DNA of 63,389 nucleotides, filler included, from Octopus bimaculoides (taxonomy: Eukaryota), in the NCBI RefSeq assembly GCF_001194135.2. It is 4 parts of 4 records of this genome, joined end to end, with 100 filler letters (N's around TTAATTAATTAA, not from the genome) between each part and the next. Parts side by side here need not be neighbours in the genome. Positions count along the whole stretch, not along the records: positions 5,436 to 31,502 come from NC_068989.1; positions 31,603 to 62,170 come from NC_068983.1; 2 more parts are not named here. One strand, given 5' to 3'. Within the stretch, counting starts at the first letter, position 1. Every line of letters begins with the position of its first letter. The notes under the pieces are model-generated. The model saw only the letters and a program-made list of their open reading frames with translations. It made no database searches and had not been told where the DNA came from. Position numbers and translations under genes: made by a program. Positions 25,517 to 36,231 of the stretch are shown piece by piece.

Positions 25517-25747
25517 TCAACCCTTTTTGCTACTGTGTTTCTGTTAAAATAGATCGTTTTTGTTTCAGTTAATATTGAAAATTAATGAAAAATTTAGTAA
25601 AATAATTTTATCCTTATTAAGCAGGTATTTGGAACATAAATCAACATGAAGTTTTGATGAAAGGTTTTAATTTAAAATTATTTTAAAGCAAGAAGTTTGT
25701 AGCACTGGACCAAGGGCATCCTAGGTGGATTAGTATCAAAGAGATAA
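25517..25747. mobile_element. piggyBac-like MITE, second family (further partial copies ~27600-27763, ~28240-28300, ~28695-28805)
   Basis: Shared internal text (AAATTAGTAAAATAACTTTGTCATTATTA...AAATTAACATGAAATTTTGAT...GGTTGGTATCAAAAGGGTTAA) and CCCTTTT/AAAAGGG-TTAA termini. Confidence 0.65.
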
Positions 25748-25966
25748 TTAAGATGAAAAATATGGGAAAGTGTTACTATTACTTATTTTATAATTCCAGA
25801 AGGAAAAAAAGCAAAGATAACTAACAACATTTGAATTCAGAACAGTAACAAAGTGAATTAAATAATGAAAAATCTCATAAATTTCTGCAACCATTTTCAG
25901 TGCCTTCAACAAATGAAATAATACAGAAAAGGGGTTGAGTTATTTCCATTCATCATAGATATTCTA

Positions 25967-26172
25967 CAGGGTGTCCACAAAGTCTGGGTAGATGGGGATT
26001 AACACATACTTAAAGAAATTATTTATATTTAATTGTTTATGTTATGATTTTATTTACTCCATGTACCCACATAGGGATTAACACATACTTTAAAAAATTA
26101 TTATTTCTTATATTTTATTGTTTATGCTATGATTTTATTTACTCCATGTAGCCAGACTTTGTGGACACCCTG
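25967..26172. mobile_element. Tc1/mariner-type MITE with perfect 21-bp TIRs and TA TSD
   Basis: TA-CAGGGTGTCCACAAAGTCTGG ... CCAGACTTTGTGGACACCCTG-TA; the interior is an ~80-bp tandem duplication. Confidence 0.88.
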
Positions 26173-26935
26173 TAGAATAACCAACATGAAAGAAAGACAA
26201 ATCTAAGGGAGATAATCGATTGTAGCAAAGTACACGTTCAACATTCATAACAGGAAATAATTGCACAGAATGGGAAAATATATCCTCCAATTGCTAGTAG
26301 TAGTTTAGTTAGGTCAAATATATCTTTATTTGCTGGGTTAATAAAGTGCAGGTAAAGTATTAGGTTATATTCTTCTTTCTTTTCTGAAGAAATTGGCAGT
26401 GTTCAGGCCTGGCGAGATATGGGCTGTCAGGTTTATAATGCCTATGATACATTACATAAGACAACCGCGTATCTGCAACACTTTCAAGAGTTGAGGATCC
26501 AAAGAAAGAAATAGATGAGTCAGATTGTGAAAAATCTAATTGGCAACAGTTACTGTCAACATTAAAAAAAAACAAAAACTTATGCCCACAATACAACAGA
26601 ATGGGATCAAACTCTAAAAAATATAACAAAGTAAATTTCTTAACCACATGGCCAAGCCTGTGCTTATATGATGGCATTCCTTCGATGTAACTCGACAAAA
26701 TCAAAACATCTCACTTCGGGTACTTCCGTAGGTTGTGGAATATAGATATAACGAAATTATGCCAGCAATGTCGCATTTTAAGCTTGAAGCAAAAGAAAAT
26801 TAGCCTCAATGGATTCTATCTGACCCATGCAAAATCAGAGAAACACAATTTATTAAAGTTTAAAGAAATCATTTTACAAATGTTACTCTTGACATGCAAC
26901 AAAATTATAACTAATTTCATAATTTTCTTTTTTAC

Positions 26936-26982
26936 CTTTTAGCATATTCTTCTTCATAACGAAGAGGTGATTGATGCTTGAA
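26936..26982 (-). CDS. NDUFA7: NDUFA7 coding exon 2
   Basis: Acceptor tttgtttttgtttcag, donor AG|GTAAAA; 47 nt encoding FKHQSPLRYEEEYAK(R), containing the LRY motif; phase 0 in and phase 2 out, matching the neighbouring exons. Confidence 0.92.
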
Positions 26983-28924
26983 CTGAAACAAAAACAAATG
27001 GAAACGTATTAAAACATAGATTAGTTTATCAACATGAATTTATTCTCCATGACTTTGGACATTAACCCTTTTATTACCATATTTCTATTGGAATACACTG
27101 CCTTTATTTCAAATAGTATCATCATCATCGTTTGACATCTGTTTTCTATGCTGGTATGGGTTGGACGGTTTGACAGGAGCTGGCCAACTGGGGAGCAGTC
27201 TGGACCCCAATTTTCTTTTGTGGCATAGTTTCTACAGCTGGATATCCTTCCTATTGCCAACTACTTTACAGAGTGTGCCGAGTGCTTTTCACATGCCACA
27301 CTTATACAGCATGATTGCATTATATGTGGCAGCAGCACCTGTAAAGGACAGGCCTGTATGTATGGATGGCAGCGATTTTATTTAACTTGACATGTCTTCT
27401 CAAGTGCGACAAATCACAACTCCTGGTTCCTCAGTGAGGCCCAGCACCTGAAGATCCTTTTTCACCACTTCATCCTACAGCTTCTTGGGTCTACCCCTTC
27501 CACAGGTTCCCTCCATGATTAGAGCTTGGCACATCTTTATGTAGCTCTCTCCTCATCTATATGCATTACACTACCAAACCAGCATAGTCTTCTCTCCTCT
27601 TAAATAAAGAAATTAGTAAAATAACTTTGTCATTATTATGTTGGTGTTTAGAATATAAATTAACATGAAATTTTGATAGGAGGTTTTCAGTTAGATTACA
27701 TTAAAACATTTTGCATCATAGAAGTAGGGGCAGTCTCAGGTTGGTTGGTATCAAAAGGGTTAATTTTCATTGAGGAAGTGAGTTAGCAGAAATGACAATT
27801 TCAGACTAAATGTTTCGTGGAATTTAATAAAATTTTGAGTTCAAATCATGTTAGGGCTGCAAATGCTTTATATTTTCTCAAATTAATTGTACCAGTGATA
27901 CACTGGTGCCAATTTCTCTGGTAACTTTATACCAAGAAAAATGTTAGCTCAACATCAAAAAGAAATGAAATATATATTAATATTCTTCAGTCTTTCTTGA
28001 TATAAATGTCCTTATATTTATCAAAGAAAAAAGGCTTCAGTTCTGATGAGGCACAAACAGACCAGTTTGGGAAGGTAAGAATACCATCACAGGGAGTGTA
28101 TTTTATCATTTCCTACATCAGTTTACTCCACAGCCTTTAATCCCTCAAGCTATAGTCTGAGAGGACAGATGCAACTCACAGTTGTAAGACACAGTGTTGT
28201 TTAATCCTTCTGTTTCTATATTCCATTGAAATACACTACTTTTGTTTCAATTGATTTTGAAAATAATGAAGAACTTAGTAAAAATAACTTTGTCATTATT
28301 AAGCGGAGGGAAGTTGTGGAAGAGGGAAACCCAGGAAAACATGGGATGAAGTTTTCAAGGCCAATCTGAAAGCACTGAGCCTTACAAAGAAGATGACAGA
28401 GAACCAAGATATGTAGCATATTGTTGTACTTGAGAAGACCCACCCACCACAACAGAAATGAGATCCTAAAACCAAGGTGCCATGTAAAAAGTATCAATGC
28501 TGGTGCAATTTAAAAAGCACCTGTGATGGTGCCACATAAAATGCACCCAGTACACTCTGTGGAGTCATTGGTATTAGGATGGACATCTAGCTGTAGAAAC
28601 CAAACCAAAACAGACTATGGAACCTGTTGCAGACTCTGACCTTACCAGTTCCTGTCACGCCATCCAACCCATGCCAGCATGGAAAACAGACATAAATTAA
28701 CACAAAATTTTGATTGAGAGTTTTCATTTTAAATCACTTTTAAACGGGAACTTTGTATCATAGAACCAGGTGTGCTCTCAGATGGGTTGGTATCAAAAAG
28801 ATTAATTTATTGGCATTTCAGTAAATTTAGAGTAAACAATGAGAAACTAATATAGTACAAACATCAAGAGACCCTCTCCCCCAAATTGTTAACATAACCA
28901 GGAATCCAATGTACACATATAGCT

Positions 28925-29583
28925 TCACTAATATGTACAGTAATAGAAAACAGTGGTATAGATCAAAAGAATCCGAATTAGAGTGTTTGGTCAAACTAGA
29001 CTAATTTTTAAAAAAATTTTTGTCACCGGGTCAAACGCTTTAGTTTGACCAGCAGGAAGGAATTTCAACCATGTTTCGTGGTCTGCTACCGCAACAGCTC
29101 CTTTATAGGATCCAGTTAGCTCAAGACATCATCAGGAGGAACCACGTCCGGTTTCGGCCCCTACTCCTCTACCGTTTTGACGTGGCGGGGCCCCCCCTTT
29201 TCGGAGGTGTCTTCAGCTCTGGTGTTGGGTGCATGTCTNNNNNNNNNNNNNNNNNNNNNNNNNNNNNNNNNNNNNNNNNNNNNNNNNNNNNNNNNNNNNN
29301 NNNNNNNNNNNNNNNNNNNNNNNNNNNNNNNNNNNNNNNNNNNNNNNNNNNNNNNNNNNNNNNNNNNNNNNNNNNNNNNNNNNNNNNNNNNNNNNNNNNN
29401 NNNNNNNNNNNNNNNNNNNNNNNNNNNNNNNNNNNNNNNNNNNNNNNNNNNNNTCACTAATATGTACAGTAATAGAAAACAGTGGTATAGATCAAAAGAA
29501 TCCGAATTAGAGTGTTTGGTCAAACTAGACTAATTTTTAAAAAAATTTTTGTCACCGGGTCAAACGCTTTAGTTTGATCAGCA
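28925..29583. repeat. 130-bp direct duplication across an N gap (28925-29054 and 29454-29583)
   Basis: One mismatch (GACCAGCA vs GATCAGCA); the first copy continues into the GC-rich insertion, the second into ordinary intron. Confidence 0.95.
29055..29238 (-). mobile_element. Young GC-rich insertion (Penelope-like pseudo-LTR or non-LTR 3' end) in NDUFA7 intron 1, truncated by gap
   Basis: CpG-intact, GC-rich segment in an AT-rich, CpG-poor intron. The minus strand has CTGAAGA...GGCCCC/GGGGCC-GAAAC and CTGATGATGT...AC-GAAACATG motifs. Confidence 0.5.
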
Positions 29584-30337
29584 TATATTATCAAAACTTC
29601 AAATTATTATAATTATTTTACCAAAAAAACATTAGCTGCACGGAAGCTTTATTAAAATACAAGCACAATTAGAAACGTCAACAGAGAAGGTACTTGTAAA
29701 TATCTGACACATTCGTGCTTTTATGAGTCTACATTCATATTGGGTTTCTTAGTTCCCTAGAAAGTGGGGCTTTGTTATTTTTGTGAAAATTGAAGTGTGT
29801 TTTAGTTTTTTTTTTTTTTTTTTTCAATTAAAGCTTTTTCAACTGATTTTAAAGGAGAAAACACCCAGTAATCTGTGACGACAATTTAAAGTGAAAAGTG
29901 GAGCCACAGCGAAATTAAAACACAGAACAGTGAAACAGTAAAGTATTGAATTTAGTGGTGTTTCGTTAAGGTATTCACCATAAAGATCGAAGCTTAAACA
30001 CGTAGGACCATATTAAAAGACCAATTTAACTTTTGTACTGCAAAAGCGAGGAAGCGAAGTTAAAAGACCAATTTAAATTTAGATCTGTAAAAGCGAGGAA
30101 ACCCAATATTTTGATGTTCATCGTCGTAATGATACATAAGGATCGAAATAATTTTTAAATGTAAATTATGATTGACATGCAAGCTATGTCCTTGATCACG
30201 TTCAAAGTCACTATTAACACACTCCGGCAAGGAGATTCCTAAATAAAATATTTATAAATAACAATGTGTATATAGTCATGAACTAACATCATACATGTTT
30301 GCGATATTTGTAAAAAATACACCACCAGTTAACTTAC

Positions 30338-30397
30338 TCCGAGGAACCAATTCCGAATTGTAGCTATGATAGGTGTCACCGTCCTCCGCTGAGCCAT
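30338..30397 (-). CDS. NDUFA7: NADH:ubiquinone oxidoreductase subunit A7 (B14.5a), coding exon 1
   Basis: Minus strand ATG...GGA|GTAAGT encodes MAQRRTVTPIIATIRNWFLG (60 nt, phase 0), resembling the NDUFA7 N-terminus (human MASATRLIQRLRNWASG). It splices in frame to the three downstream exons, giving 113 aa. Confidence 0.93.
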
Positions 30398-30655
30398 GAT
30401 TGAATAAAAACAAAAACAACACACACTGATTGTAGGTTCGCAGTAAATTTTGTTAAGGTGAAATAGATAACGACAAACATATGTAAATGAAACGTAACTA
30501 GTTAAATAAAATTTTGAAACAATTTAGAAATCTAACTTAAAGCGATAATTTATTTAGTTTCTGAAATTTAAAATATTAATAAAAATATTCACCTCCGTTA
30601 TATTTAGTTACGATCCCATAATTCTTTCCGCCTGTGCTAATCGCCATAACACATC
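30398..30655. promoter_or_regulatory. Shared bidirectional promoter and 5' UTRs of NDUFA7 and RPS28
   Basis: 258 bp between divergent start codons; CpGs are locally retained relative to the CpG-poor NDUFA7 introns. Confidence 0.8.
30622..30629 (+). promoter_or_regulatory. TCT (polypyrimidine) initiator / 5'TOP start of RPS28
   Basis: TTCTTTCC matches the YYC(+1)TTTYY motif typical of ribosomal protein gene promoters; predicted TSS at C30624. Confidence 0.75.
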
Positions 30656-30688
30656 ATGGATAAGTCCGCTCAGCCAAAACTTGCTAGA
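30656..30688 (+). CDS. RPS28: 40S ribosomal protein S28 (eS28), coding exon 1 only
   Basis: ATG GAT AAG TCC GCT CAG CCA AAA CTT GCT AGA|GTAAGT = MDKSAQPKLAR|, matching the eS28 start (human MDTSRVQPIKLAR|VTKVLGRTG) with a phase-0 intron after the same Arg; TCT initiator 32 nt upstream. Exons encoding VTKVLGRTGSQGQCTQ onward were not found in the window. Confidence 0.87.
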
Positions 30689-31502
30689 GTAAGTACATTT
30701 TCCCTTTTAATTTGTCCATTTTTTAAACGAATGATATGTGATAAATATTTGATATGGTATATCCTGAATTGCGTTGGACTTAAAACGGTTTCTTTTTGCT
30801 TCAAAATCATTATCTACGAAGCCTCATCTTGTCCAACATGAATAAGGTTAATCTGTAACTGACTGAACCACGTGGATTCTATTACTTATGATATATTTCT
30901 TCGTTTTATCTAATTGCCCATTTTATACTGGTTTCAATCATTGAATTCGGCTATGCTTAGCCACCACCTTATCAACGGTGGAATTAAACAAACGAGTAGC
31001 CAAATATTACCATTTTTTTCCCATTCCAGTAAACTGACATGCCTCAACACATTCCTAAACCAGTGTATACAAACACAGGCATACACCAATTCTACTAGGA
31101 AGCCTTTACGTCAGTGGCTTTATAATTATATATTAAGAATTGCTAATTGTGGAAGTACCAATGTCTCAGAAGGGTTGAGAACCATTGCTCTACAGAGTCG
31201 CTTGTCTTGCTAAAATTTAACAAGTCAAATTTCCCCTTTCAGCCTCACTAATGTAGTCTTCAGAAAATGACATTCCCTAATCTCCTGGAAACGAAATTCC
31301 ACTCAAAATAGTTGGGTAAGAACGGGGCTAATGCAGTTTCGCACCTCTTCTTGAAAAATGCTTTTTGGCGGAAGTGAAGATCATGGACCCCCCCCCCCCA
31401 TCCTTTGGGATTAATTTTTGCATGAACACTATCGAATGCAGAGATTCCGATTGTGCAAAAAATCTGCATTTCAAAATTTAAATACCCCACACACACACAC
31501 AC

Positions 31503-31602
31503 NNNNNNNNNNNNNNNNNNNNNNNNNNNNNNNNNNNNNNNNNNNNTTAATTAATTAANNNNNNNNNNNNNNNNNNNNNNNNNNNNNNNNNNNNNNNNNN
31601 NN
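31503..31602. other. Artificial scaffold join (44 N + TTAATTAATTAA + 44 N)
   Basis: As above; lies inside RPS28 intron 1. Confidence 0.92.
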
Positions 31603-32456
31603 ATGCATGCATATTTTTTAAAAGTTCATTATTAATTGAAAAACATAAATATAGTAATATATAGAATTAGCTTAACAGAAAAACAGGAAAAAAAAAGAAC
31701 AAAGAAAATAATTAATAGATAAACCGTAAAATAAAACAAAAAAAAAAACGAAAAAAAAAAACAAATCAAGCAAACGGTGGGTCTTTATAAATATTGTTTT
31801 TGCGGCTGTTGGCTTTGTGAGCGAAAACATCAGAGTTTTTAAAATCAAAGAATGCATTGTGTGGCCTTATCTTGAGATAAGAAAGCATAATTCCCCACAC
31901 ATCATGCCATCCCATAATAATAAAAATTGAAATATCACATCATACTAAGTTCATTTCGATCCTTATTAGAGTTATTATAACTACTAGTAATAATAATACT
32001 AATTAAATCAAAATTACGTAATTTAGTTTCAGTTCATAGAAGTCTGTTTTTGATCTTTGAAATGTTTTAATTAAGCATCAAAACATTTGCTTCATTTAAG
32101 AGAAAGCTATAATCAATCTTCTTCCATTATAATTTCAGTCACATCTAAGAGAAGCTTTATAGAAATAGAAAATTGGCCTCCAGTGTTTCACAGCTAGTTT
32201 ATTCTATTGAACCCGGAGAGACAAAAATCTATGTGGACCACAGCGTGATTTGAACTCAAAATGCTAAGTGCAAGAAAATATATACATATATATATATACA
32301 TATATATACATGAGTGAGCAAGTGAGTGGACAAACGAAGGAAAGAGACACTCAAAAACATTTGTTAAGAGTTTCATATATTATTGCTACTAAAAACAGTT
32401 TGATTCGGCTCCATGCCGAATCAAACCGTTTTCTAATAATAATAATAATAATAATG

Positions 32457-32502
<46 letters not shown>

Positions 32503-33199
32503 ACTCACATCAGCGCACGCACACATACATTCTTGACCACTTTCTTCAACCTGGTCGACGTCCATGAAAAAACACAAGACGAATCTTAATGGTGGACTTT
32601 GAAATCACGAGAAACAAGAACGTGCAAAGCAAATATTGATTTCTAACATTGGCAAAATACAAGTGAAATGTTGGAGTGGATAAATTATAGCACTACCTGC
32701 TCAAACATTTTGGAGTTCAGATCCACTTGCAGGTGGTTCGTAGTGTCTGACGGCAGGACACGTTATTCTACATTTTCTCAGTTCACCTAGTACTGGTATC
32801 TCTGAGAATATAGAAAAGAATAAAAATTAGATAAAAACCAAATCGTATCGGCGTTGCCGGAGACTGACTCTTCGGTTTCGCTTCTGCCATATTTCCAAGG
32901 AATAAGAGGAAGACATTGCGATTAACGAGTCTCAAGCTTCAAAACTACAGAGAGACAGAGGGAGGAAGAGAGAGAAAGAGAGACACGAATAATGTGTTAA
33001 ATGAGACACAAGATGGTTGCACCGGAAATCGAAAACACATTGCGAACTCGACTTTCTAGAAGCTTAGCACAATTCTAAAGACACCAGAAGCTATGTGAAG
33101 GTAAACAATTGATTGATATCTTTGGTCAAAAATAGTTAAATATCTAACTGTTTTTCTTCTCTTTTTTTTTGCATAAGGGTTTAGGATAATTAATTTTGT

Positions 33200-33425
33200 T
33201 TAACTCCTTAGAATTTAAACCGGCCATATCCGGATCAAATATTCTACCTGGTTGTATTCGAACCAACCAGATCCAACCTCTGAATCTCACCCTACAATAT
33301 CGCTCTAAAAAAAAAAAAATAGCCACATTATTGAAATCTCGAAGCTACAAGATAATACATGATTAATTCAAAATAATGTGAATAGATACGTAGGTATTAC
33401 ATTTGATAAACTGAATGCTAAAAAG
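33200..33425. mobile_element. piggyBac-like MITE, same family as 12033-12256
   Basis: TTAACTCCTTAGAATTTAAAC...AAATATTCTAC...CACCCTACAAT...GAAATCTCGAAGCTACAAGATAAT...CTGAATGCTAAAAAG aligns throughout with the 12 kb copy. Confidence 0.7.
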
Positions 33426-34105
33426 TAGACAATATGTTTATACAGAAGAAGAGAATGACATTGTATGACTTCCGTGTTTGTTAAGGATTTTAGTGATGGA
33501 AGAGAAGTAAAGTGATACACGGCCTTAGATTTGTAAGAAAGGGTGATATGAATTATTACAAGTTCTTATAATTTTGAATAGTATAAGCAGCATTGATGAA
33601 TAAATCTTTAACGACCAGCATAAGAACAACTAGTAAGCTTGATTCTAGTTTGATATTTGAAAGAAGAATCCACGGAAAAATTGTTTGCCAAATTAAATTT
33701 TTAGAATATTTCTGAAGAATATGTCAAAGATAAAATATTATATATTCCTTCCTTCCACAAACATTAGTTCTTGCGATACTTTGTCATCATTTACATTAAT
33801 ATTTTATGTTATATTGATTGATTCCGTTGCTAAAAGACGACTAAATTTCCGAGAAAGTAATGGAGTTTAGTTTTATGAAGCAGACCTAATACATGTCTGG
33901 AACTTATTTTATTTCTTAGAAGAATGGAAGAAGCCAGCTCCTGTGCGATTTAAGCCTCAAGTAAAAACTAACAAAACTAAATATCACGGTATATTTCTAA
34001 GAAAATGAAAATCGATTATTTCTCGGGAATACAATGCAGTAAAACGTTTTTGAAACTATATTGAAACTTTCGGTTGATTCTGTGATTCTGCATGTTTATC
34101 TAAAA

Positions 34106-34343
34106 CAGTCCACAATCAATGATTGCCTATCGACCCCTTTGGCACCTATTTTGCTTGGGGCGTGGGAGTACCTTCATAGCTATTCGATGTCAAAGAACAT
34201 ATTTTTATGATAAAATATTATCAAAAATGTTTAAATACTTTGTGCATTGTAGAAATATAACCAGTTTATTGCACACAAACTTTTACAACAAAATTTTATA
34301 TAGACCCCCCAAAGACCATATGAACCCCGATTGAGAACCACTA
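34106..34343. mobile_element. hAT (Charlie-like) MITE
   Basis: CAGT... start and TTGAGAACCACTA end; flanks ATCTAAAA / ATATAAAA (7/8). Confidence 0.55.
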
Positions 34344-34663
34344 ATATAAAAGATTCACCCAAGATGTTTACATAATTCTAGTGACCATTTAGTTTTGGAT
34401 TTCGAACTGCTTCCTTTTCTTTAACCTTTTTCTGAGGAGCTGATACTTTATCTCACTCTATACAAAAGATGCTTGAATAAATAAACAAAATCATAGCTTA
34501 TACTTTGTTAGATTGCAAGGTTTTGAACAATTTTGGTGTAGTTCAGAAAAAAATTAACAATATACGATGCAAACACAGGAAATTAATTTCTACGACAGAA
34601 ACACGACCATGGACTTTATAATGCAGGGCATCGAGTTTATGTAAGTACGTGTATATTTATCTG

Positions 34664-34699
<36 letters not shown>

Positions 34700-35554
34700 A
34701 TTATATGTATTTATTTTCTCCTATTAAAAATAATTCGGATAAAATAAATGGGTTAATAGATACCAGGGTAACATGCGTTTACTCCATTCTTTAAATTTAT
34801 ATNNNNNNNNNNNNNNNNNNNNNNNNNNNNNNNNNNNNNNNNNNNNNNNNNNNNNNNNNNNNNNNNNNNNNNNNNNNNNNNNNNNNNNNNNNNNNNNNNN
34901 NNNNNNNNNNNNNNNNNNNNNNNNNNNNNNNNNNNNNNNNNNNNNNNNNNNNNNNNNNNNNNNNNNNNNNNNNNNNNNNNNNNNNNNNNNNNNNNNNNNN
35001 NNNNNNNNNNNNNNNNNNNNNNNNNNNNNNNNNNNNNNNNNNNNNNNNNNNNNNNNNNNNNNNNNNNNNNNNNNNNNNNNNNNNNNNNNNNNNNNNNNNN
35101 NNNNNAAAAAAAAAAAAAAAAAATTAAGCTTTCTACTACGCGGACGAATATAATTTCGTATGGTAAACACCAACAACAGCAACAACGACAACAAGCCTAC
35201 ACAAATAGACTGGACAGCGGCGAGAGAACCAGTGTTTAGACTGCAACATTGTACCCCGTACAATTGATTACAGCATCTCATAGAATTCGGTTTGGACATC
35301 AGATATGTCCACGGCATGTTTTATCTGAAATGCAAGATCACTGTGCTACATAATCTCTCCCCCACCCAAACACTTGTGTAGAGTGTTTCTGCTCGACCAA
35401 ACTTTATCTCAGCTTCACAAAATCAATAACAATAACAATATTAACAATAACAATACCAAAAACAACAACAATACCAACAACAACGAAAATAGCATCAAAA
35501 GCGACAATAACAGCAACAATAATATAAGAGAAATATCTGATAATTTGAAACAGA

Positions 35555-35587
<33 letters not shown>

Positions 35588-36160
35588 GAGAGAGAGAAGG
35601 AGAGAGAGAGAGAGAGAGAGNNNNNNNNNNNNNNNNNNNNNNNNNNNNNNNNNNNNNNNNNNNNNNNNNNNNNNNNNNNNNNNNNNNNNNNNNNNNNNNN
35701 NNNNNNNNNNNNNNNNNNNNNNNNNNNNNNNNNNNNNNNNNNNNNNNNNNNNNNNNNNNNNNNNNNNNNNNNNNNNNNNNNNNNNNNNNNNNNNNNNNNN
35801 NNNNNNNNNNNNNNNNNNNNNNNNNNNNNNNNNNNNNNNNNNNNNNNNNNNNNNNNNNNNNNNNNNNNNNNNNNNNNNNNNNNNNNNNNNNNNNNNNNNN
35901 NNNNNNNNNNNNNNNNNNNNNNNNNNNNNNNNNNNNNNNNNNNNNNNNNNNNNNNNNNNNNNNNNNNNNNNNNNNNNNNNNNNNNNNNNNNNNNNNNNNN
36001 NNNNNNNNNNNNNNNNNNNNNNNNNNNNNNNNNNNNNNNNNNNNNNNNNNNNNNNNNNNNNNNNNNNNNNNNNNNNNNNNNNNNNNNNNNNNNNNNNNNN
36101 NNNNNNNNNNNNNNNNNNNNNNNNNNNNNNNNNNNNNNNNNNNNNNNNNNNNNNNNNNNN

Positions 36161-36231
<71 letters not shown>

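Noticed and set aside
30725-30770. C/D-box snoRNA candidate in the RPS28 intron
   Set aside because: Imperfect C box, too short, no terminal stem.
31225-31270. Minus-strand CTGAAGA-N16-GAAA (also 52290-52320 minus and 4832-4845 plus)
   Set aside because: No credible stems I-III or NUH site; expected by chance.
35100-35317. Minus ORF with Cys pairs and an apparent transmembrane segment
   Set aside because: The hydrophobic run derives from a (TTG)n microsatellite, and the frame ends in a gap.
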